Shown here: piece by piece, positions 6,937 to 12,018 of the stretch
Layout of the letters: each line of letters begins with the position of its first letter
Numbering within the stretch: the first letter of the stretch is position 1
Assembly: GCA_031431875.1 (NCBI GenBank)
Contig: JANPEF010000044.1
Location: 1-12,018, forward strand
Length of the DNA: 12,018 nt
From: Candidatus Eiseniibacteriota bacterium
Lineage (GTDB): Bacteria > Eisenbacteria > RBG-16-71-46 > DASYSL01
Direction: 5' to 3'
Notes under the pieces: model-generated
What the model saw: only the letters and a program-made list of their open reading frames with translations
Told to the model about the DNA's origin: nothing
Databases searched by the model: none
Program-made: the position numbers and the translations under genes

Positions 6937-9288
6937 TCAGCCCTTCCTGACGCTGCCCACGACCACCGTGATGTTGTCCGGGCCGCCGCGGGCGCGGGCC
7001 AGCTCGATCAGCGCATCGCAGGCCTGCGCCGGCTCGTGCGCCGCGATCAGCTCGACGATGTCCTCCTCCTCGACGACGTTGCTCAGGCCGTCCGAGCAGA
7101 TCACGATCGTCATCCCGTCCTCGAGCTGGATCGGCTTCGTCGTCAGGTCCACCTGCACGTCCGGGTGGACTCCGATGCAGCGCGTGAGCACGTGGCTCGA
7201 GACCGCCGGCACCGCGGAGCCGCGGGCGCCGGCGACGCGCGCCATCTCCTCGGCCAGCGTGTGGTCCTGCGTGAGCTGCTCGATCGTGCCGCGACGGACC
7301 AGGTAGGCGCGGCTGTCGCCGACGTGCCCGAGCGTCAGCTCGAGCCCGACGATTGCCGCGGCCGTGCAGGTCGTCCCCATGCCGGCGAGCGTCTCGTCGC
7401 CCGACGCCTTCTCGTGCACGGCGCGGTTCGCCGCCTGGAACGCGTGCGCCAGCGCGTCGCGCGGCTGGCCGCGCTTCTTCCCGTGCTCGTAGGTGTCGCT
7501 CACCGTGTCGACGGCCAGGCGGCTCGCCACCTCGCCGGCGGCGGCGCCGCCCATCCCGTCGGCGAGCACCAGCATGCAACCGCGCGCGGAGTCGGCGAAG
7601 CGGTAGACGCCGAATGCATCCTCGTTGTTCCGCCGCGTGCAGCCGACGTCGGTCTGCCCGGCGACGACTAGGCTCCACGTGCCCTTGGCCTTGAGCGCGA
7701 TCGTCTCCTCCATCCGCTGCGCGACCGGCCCGGCGACGACCAGTGGAACCATCGGGGTTGCCTGCGCTTCCGGTGCCGCCCCCGGCAACTCGAGGACGGG
7801 AACGGCCGCGAGCCGCCGCTTGCCCGCCGTCCCGGCGACGCCGGCCTTCTCCGGCACGCCCGTGACTGCGCTCTGGGCCTTCAGGTAGGTCTCGACCGCG
7901 CGCGAGTGCTCGGCCCCGTCGCGGTAGCGCTCGAGGTGCGCCTCGTCGAACTCGGCGAACAACGTGCCCGCGGCGTACAGGTGGATCACCGCCTCGACCA
8001 CGTCGGGGAAGAACTGCGTCCCGGCGTGGGTCAGCATCTCCTCGAACGCCTCCTCGGGAGCAAGGCCGCGGCGGTACGGGCGATCCGACGTCATCGCGTC
8101 GAACGCCGCGACGACCATGATGATCCGGCTGCCCAGCGGGACGGCTTCGCCCACGAGTCCGTTCGGGTAACCCGCGCCGTCCGGCTGCTCGTGGTGCGCC
8201 AGCACGATCTCGGCCGCACCCGGGAAGAAGCGCTGGCCGGCCATCAGCTCGGCGCCGATCCGGGGATGCGCGTGCAGCAGCAGCATCTCCTGCTCGTTGA
8301 GCTTGCCACGCTTCATCAGCACGTCGCGCTGGATCGCAGTGCGCCCGATGTCGTGCAGCAGTGCGGCGAACTCGAGCTCCTCGAGCGCTGCGTCGCGCAG
8401 GCCGAAGTGCCGGCCCAGGCGCAGGCTCATGCGCGAGATGCGGTACGAGTGATCGCGCGTGAACGGATCGGCGGCGTCGACCGCCGACATGAGCGCGCGC
8501 ACCATGTGCAGGTGCCCGGCCCGCGTCTGCGACCACAGGTTGAACGCGTAGCGCGCGAACAGGAGCGGCAGCAGGAACAACGCCACGCCCGCCGGCCCGA
8601 TGCGCACCTGCGTCAGGGCGAGCAGCGGCCCGATCGGCAGGAGGACGAGGTCGCCCGGCAGGTGTTCGGCGAACCATGCGCGGAACGCCCGCGCGTGATC
8701 GCTTCCCGCGGCGAAGGCCTGCCCCACACCGCCGAGGATGCCCTTGACCGCCAGGTACGTGCCGGCGGCGGCAAGCAGCGGAACGAGCTGGTCGACGCTC
8801 ACCGTGAGCGCGTCGCCGTAGCGTCCGCCGAGCTTGCCGTAGACCAGGCCGCCGGAGCCCAGCGCGAGGACGATCTGCCCCAGGCCCTGCACACCGGGCA
8901 GAAACGGATTCCAGCGCTGGGTCGCGTTGGCGACCATGCGCGAGAGGAAACCCACCCAGCACGCGACGGCCGGGCCGAACAGCAGCAATGCGGCGAGATC
9001 GAGGGCGGTGGTCAGGCTCGCGGTGGCGCGACCCCACGGCAGCGGCAGCGGCGACATGGCAGCGACGAGGATCATGGCCGCCCACAGCACCACGTACGAG
9101 CCGCTGTCGATGGTCGTGCCGAGGCCCCCCATGCCGCCGCTCAGCGAGAACAGCAGCGACATCCCGCCGGCGAACACGGTCCAGGCGTAGAGCCGGTAGC
9201 TCGAATGCGTGGTTCTGGGATTCAAGATCCATCCTCCTGCCGGCGCCGCCGGTGCGGGGGTCGAGGTCGAACTGGGGCGGCGGCTCAT
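6937..9288 (-). CDS. Membrane sensor (MASE9-like multi-TM) - HD-GYP - PP2C/Stp1-type Ser/Thr phosphatase fusion protein (783 aa)
   Basis: ATG 9286-9288 overlaps the pilT-like TGA (ATGA). About 9200-8545: several hydrophobic helices (e.g. ASLTTALDLAALLLFGPAVACWVGF). About 8500-7980: HD-GYP (DPFTRDHSYR, LLHDIGR, HPRIG, HHEQPDGAGYP, FDAMTSDRPYR). About 7680-6937: PP2C (TDVG..RRNNED, ADGMGG, GMGTT, HVGDSRAY, LTQDHT, CSDGL, GGPDNIT). One uninterrupted frame. The MASE9 label comes from recalled similarity and was not searched. Confidence 0.88.
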   Translation of the reverse strand: MSRRPSSTSTPAPAAPAGGWILNPRTTHSSYRLYAWTVFAGGMSLLFSLSGGMGGLGTTIDSGSYVVLWAAMILVAAMSPLPLPWGRATASLTTALDLAALLLFGPAVACWVGFLSRMVANATQRWNPFLPGVQGLGQIVLALGSGGLVYGKLGGRYGDALTVSVDQLVPLLAAAGTYLAVKGILGGVGQAFAAGSDHARAFRAWFAEHLPGDLVLLPIGPLLALTQVRIGPAGVALFLLPLLFARYAFNLWSQTRAGHLHMVRALMSAVDAADPFTRDHSYRISRMSLRLGRHFGLRDAALEELEFAALLHDIGRTAIQRDVLMKRGKLNEQEMLLLHAHPRIGAELMAGQRFFPGAAEIVLAHHEQPDGAGYPNGLVGEAVPLGSRIIMVVAAFDAMTSDRPYRRGLAPEEAFEEMLTHAGTQFFPDVVEAVIHLYAAGTLFAEFDEAHLERYRDGAEHSRAVETYLKAQSAVTGVPEKAGVAGTAGKRRLAAVPVLELPGAAPEAQATPMVPLVVAGPVAQRMEETIALKAKGTWSLVVAGQTDVGCTRRNNEDAFGVYRFADSARGCMLVLADGMGGAAAGEVASRLAVDTVSDTYEHGKKRGQPRDALAHAFQAANRAVHEKASGDETLAGMGTTCTAAAIVGLELTLGHVGDSRAYLVRRGTIEQLTQDHTLAEEMARVAGARGSAVPAVSSHVLTRCIGVHPDVQVDLTTKPIQLEDGMTIVICSDGLSNVVEEEDIVELIAAHEPAQACDALIELARARGGPDNITVVVGSVRKG

Positions 9289-10358
9289 GCGGCATCCCGC
9301 AGCGGCGGGTTCGTGTCGAGCGGCGTCCGGTCGAGGCCGTTCAGCGCGGCTTCCTCCGGGTCGATGAGCTTCTTGCGCACGAGGTCGCGGAGCACCGCAT
9401 CGAGGCCCTGCATGCCGAGGCTGCCGCCGGCCTGGATCACCGACTCGAGCTTGTGGCTGTTGCCGGCGCGGATCATCGCGGCTGCGGCGTGCGTGTTGAC
9501 CAGGATCTCGGCTGCGGCAAAGCGCTTGGCCCCCTCGGCGGCGCGCACCAGTCGCTGCGAGACGACCATGCGCAGGCTCTCGGCCAGCATGGCGCGGATC
9601 TGGTCCTGCCGCCGCGCCGGGAAGACGTTGATGACGCGGTCGATCGTCTTGGCCGCGCTCGCCGTGTGCAGCGTGGCCAGCACCTGGATGCCGGTCTCGG
9701 CTGCGGTCAGCGCGAGCGAGATCGACTCGAGGTCGCGCAGCTCGCCGACGAGGATCACGTCGGGGTCCTCGCGCACGGCGTTGCGCAGGGCCTCGGCGAA
9801 AGTTGGCGCGTGCGTGCCGATCTCGCGCTGGGTGACGACACACTTCTTGACCGGGTGGACGTACTCGATCGGGTCCTCGATCGTGATGATGTGCCCGCGC
9901 CGGGTCTCGTTGAGCAGGTCGACCATGGCGGCCAGCGTCGTCGACTTGCCGGATCCCGTGGGGCCGGTGACGAGGATCAGTCCCTTGGGCTGCAGCGCCT
10001 GCTGGCGGATCACCGGCGGCAGGCCGAGGTCGTCGAGGGTCGGCACGTTCGACGAGATGATCCGCAGCGCCGCGGCAAGTCCCTGCGCATGCCGGTAGAC
10101 GTTGGCGCGGAAGCGCCCCATCCCAGGCACGTCGTAGGCGAAGTCGACGGCGCACTTCTCGTTCAGCTCGGCGATCTGCCGCTCGTTCATGAACTCGAGC
10201 AGGATCGACTCGACGTCCTCGAGTGACAGCTCGCGGAAGCGCACCCGATGCAGGACACCCGCGATCCGGATGCACGGCATCTGCCCGGTCACCAGGTGGA
10301 GGTCGGATCCGCCCTGCTGCATGGCCAGCTCGAGGAACGTGTGGAGGCGTGTCGACAT
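9285..10358 (-). CDS. pilT: PilT/PilU-family type IV pilus retraction-type ATPase (copy B, 357 aa)
   Basis: GSDLHL N-terminus, RFRANVY, Walker A GPTGSGKST, Asp box TIEDPIE, QREIG, Walker B REDPDVILVGELRD, His box variant AAETGIQVLATLH. ATG 10356-10358 starts 1 nt after the upstream stop. Confidence 0.9.
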   Translation of the reverse strand: MSTRLHTFLELAMQQGGSDLHLVTGQMPCIRIAGVLHRVRFRELSLEDVESILLEFMNERQIAELNEKCAVDFAYDVPGMGRFRANVYRHAQGLAAALRIISSNVPTLDDLGLPPVIRQQALQPKGLILVTGPTGSGKSTTLAAMVDLLNETRRGHIITIEDPIEYVHPVKKCVVTQREIGTHAPTFAEALRNAVREDPDVILVGELRDLESISLALTAAETGIQVLATLHTASAAKTIDRVINVFPARRQDQIRAMLAESLRMVVSQRLVRAAEGAKRFAAAEILVNTHAAAAMIRAGNSHKLESVIQAGGSLGMQGLDAVLRDLVRKKLIDPEEAALNGLDRTPLDTNPPLRDAA

Positions 10359-10359
10359 G

Positions 10360-11469
10360 TCAGGCTCCCGCCGGCCGCGCCGGCCCCTTCTCGAGCGTGG
10401 CGAGCAGTTCCGGCCGGGTCACGAACATGACGAACTCCGACTTGTCCGCGGCGCACAGGAACGCCTCGTTGGGATCGATGTCGCCGGAGCGCACGTAGCT
10501 GAGCAGCGCCTGGTCCATGAGCTGCATACCGAGCCGGCGCCCCGTGCCGATCGCGCCGGCGATCAGGTGCGACTTGCCCTCGCGAATGAGCTGGGCGATC
10601 GCCGGGGTCACGATCATGACCTCGCAGACGACGCGCCGCCCGCGGCCGTCGGCCACGTGCACCAGCTCCTGGCTGACCACCGCGCGCAGGTTGTCCGCCA
10701 GCGTGTGGCGGACCTGCGCCTGCGCCTCCGCGGGGAACGCGTCGACGATGCGATGGATCGTCTGCGCGGCGCTGCGGGTGTGCAGCGTGCCGAACACCAG
10801 GTGTCCCGTCTCGGCCGCCTCGATCGCGGCGGTCATGGTCTCGCTGTCGCGCATCTCGCCGATCAGGATCACGTCGGGGTCCTGCCGCAGGCACGAGCGG
10901 ATGCCCTCGTGGAAGCTGCGTGCGTGCACCCCCACCTGGCGCTGCATGACCAGCGCCTTGTTCGACTCGTGCACGAACTCGACCGGATCCTCGAGCGTGA
11001 TGATGCTGCAGTTGCGGTTGGCGTTGATCTCGCCGATCAGCGCCGCCAGCGTGGTCGTTTTCCCGGTGCCCGGCCCACCGGTGACGAGCACGAGCCCGGA
11101 ATCGAGATTGGCCAGCTCGGAGAGCACGGCGGGAAGCGCCAACTCCTGCGGGCGCGGCACCTGGTCCGGCACGACGCGACAGATCGCCGCCATGCCCAGG
11201 CGCTGGCGGAACACGTTGATGCGGAAGCGTCCGCCGTTCGGGCAGGCATAGCTCAGGTCGACCGAGCCGTTGCGTCCCAGGTCCTCGACGGTCGCGGGAT
11301 CGAGGATCTCGAGCAACAAACCTTCGGTCTCGTCCGCGGTGAGCGCGCGATGCGGGAGCTCGGTCAACTGGCCGTCGAGGCGAACCAGCGGCGGACGCCC
11401 GATCGTGAAGTGGATGTCGGAGCCGCCCTGGTCGCGGCCGAGCTGGAGGAACGCGTCGAGTTGGGCCAT
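10360..11469 (-). CDS. pilT: PilT/PilU-family type IV pilus retraction-type ATPase (copy A, 369 aa)
   Basis: GSDIHF, RFRINVF, Walker A GGPGTGKTT, TLEDPVE, RQDPDVILIGEMRD, His box AAETGHLVFGTLH, AIRNLIRE-like AIAQLIREGK, GMQLMDQAL. Strong SD GGAGGT 7 nt upstream of the ATG, overlapping the kinase stop codon. Confidence 0.92.
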   Translation of the reverse strand: MAQLDAFLQLGRDQGGSDIHFTIGRPPLVRLDGQLTELPHRALTADETEGLLLEILDPATVEDLGRNGSVDLSYACPNGGRFRINVFRQRLGMAAICRVVPDQVPRPQELALPAVLSELANLDSGLVLVTGGPGTGKTTTLAALIGEINANRNCSIITLEDPVEFVHESNKALVMQRQVGVHARSFHEGIRSCLRQDPDVILIGEMRDSETMTAAIEAAETGHLVFGTLHTRSAAQTIHRIVDAFPAEAQAQVRHTLADNLRAVVSQELVHVADGRGRRVVCEVMIVTPAIAQLIREGKSHLIAGAIGTGRRLGMQLMDQALLSYVRSGDIDPNEAFLCAADKSEFVMFVTRPELLATLEKGPARPAGA

Positions 11470-11474
11470 GGCGG

Positions 11475-12018
11475 TTACCTCCCGACCTCGAGGGCTTCGA
11501 GGGCTTGGTCGATCGTGGCGCGGAGCGCTCCGGCATCCGCCGGCCGCTGGTTCGGATCGCGGGCCATCGCGCGCATGACGAGCTCCGCGACGGAGTCCGG
11601 AATCCCGGGAACAGCCTGGGCCAGCGGCACGGCGTTCCCCTCGAGGTGCTGAAACAGGACCTTCACCGGCGTCTCGGCGGTGAACGGCTTGATGCCCGAC
11701 AGCGCCTCGTAGAGGACGACGCCGAGCGAGTACAGGTCGGCCCGATGATCCACGGCCTCGCCCGAGATCTGCTCGGGCGCCATGTACTCGGGCGTGCCGA
11801 TCAGGAGCCCGCTCTTGGTCAAGCGCGAGGCATCGGCGCCTCCCTGCTGCGCCGAGGCGAGGCCGAAATCGACGATGCGGGTCTCGTCGTCGGCGCCGAC
11901 CAGGATGTTCGGAGGCTTGATGTCGCGATGAACCACTCCCTCGGCGTGGGGCGCGGGCCCGCCCGGGCCTAACAGGGCGGGGGTGGGCAGGGCGCGGCGC
12001 CCGGCGAGCGGACCGCCC
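11475..12018 (-). CDS. Hanks-type Ser/Thr protein kinase, C-terminal part (5'-truncated by the window edge)
   Basis: [44 protein letters not shown] and RP (subdomain XI). TAA stop at 11475-11477. The frame stays open from 11936 to the window end, so the ORF-track start at 11936 is not the real start. Confidence 0.9.
   Translation of the reverse strand, partial: GGPLAGRRALPTPALLGPGGPAPHAEGVVHRDIKPPNILVGADDETRIVDFGLASAQQGGADASRLTKSGLLIGTPEYMAPEQISGEAVDHRADLYSLGVVLYEALSGIKPFTAETPVKVLFQHLEGNAVPLAQAVPGIPDSVAELVMRAMARDPNQRPADAGALRATIDQALEALEVGR
11477..11482 (-). promoter_or_regulatory. Shine-Dalgarno for pilT copy A embedded in the kinase 3' end
   Basis: The minus strand reads ...GGGAGGTAACCGCCATG. 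GGAGGT overlaps the last codons and the TAA of the kinase gene. Confidence 0.75.

Noticed and set aside
9289..10275. N-terminal 329-aa extension of the 1112-aa ORF (apparent giant fusion or overlapping gene)
   Set aside because: It is an off-frame read-through of pilT copy B with low-complexity Arg/Pro sequence. The ATGA overlap at 9285-9288 gives a natural start.
11475..11936. Stand-alone 153-aa mini-kinase as given by the ORF track
   Set aside because: The frame is open to the window edge and the GTG lies inside the HxxGVVHRD motif, so this is a truncated view of a longer gene.

Overview
GC-rich (roughly 70% by eye) bacterial signalling locus with seven protein-coding genes and no RNA genes, CRISPR array or mobile element that I can see. 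Left arm (- strand): two tandem paralogous Hanks-type Ser/Thr kinases, each with kinase + TolB-like/FlgO + TPR architecture (4739->2379 and 2382->1, joined by a GTGA overlap). They share an unusual conserved C-terminal tail and appear to be transcribed from a leaderless promoter. Middle (+ strand): an exported M13 (neprilysin/PepO-like) zinc metallopeptidase (4867-6915), divergent from the kinase pair. Right arm (- strand): a tightly coupled operon of a Ser/Thr kinase (partial, runs off the window), two PilT/PilU-family ATPases, and a membrane protein fusing a multi-TM sensor (MASE9-like), an HD-GYP domain and a PP2C/Stp1 phosphatase. The HD-GYP domain lacks the distal metal-ligand Asp and carries HDIGK->HDIGR, while the PP2C domain is intact. 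The best candidate for a new system is a cyclic-dinucleotide-gated phosphatase working with a cognate kinase to control two retraction-type ATPases. This is inference and is not tested here.
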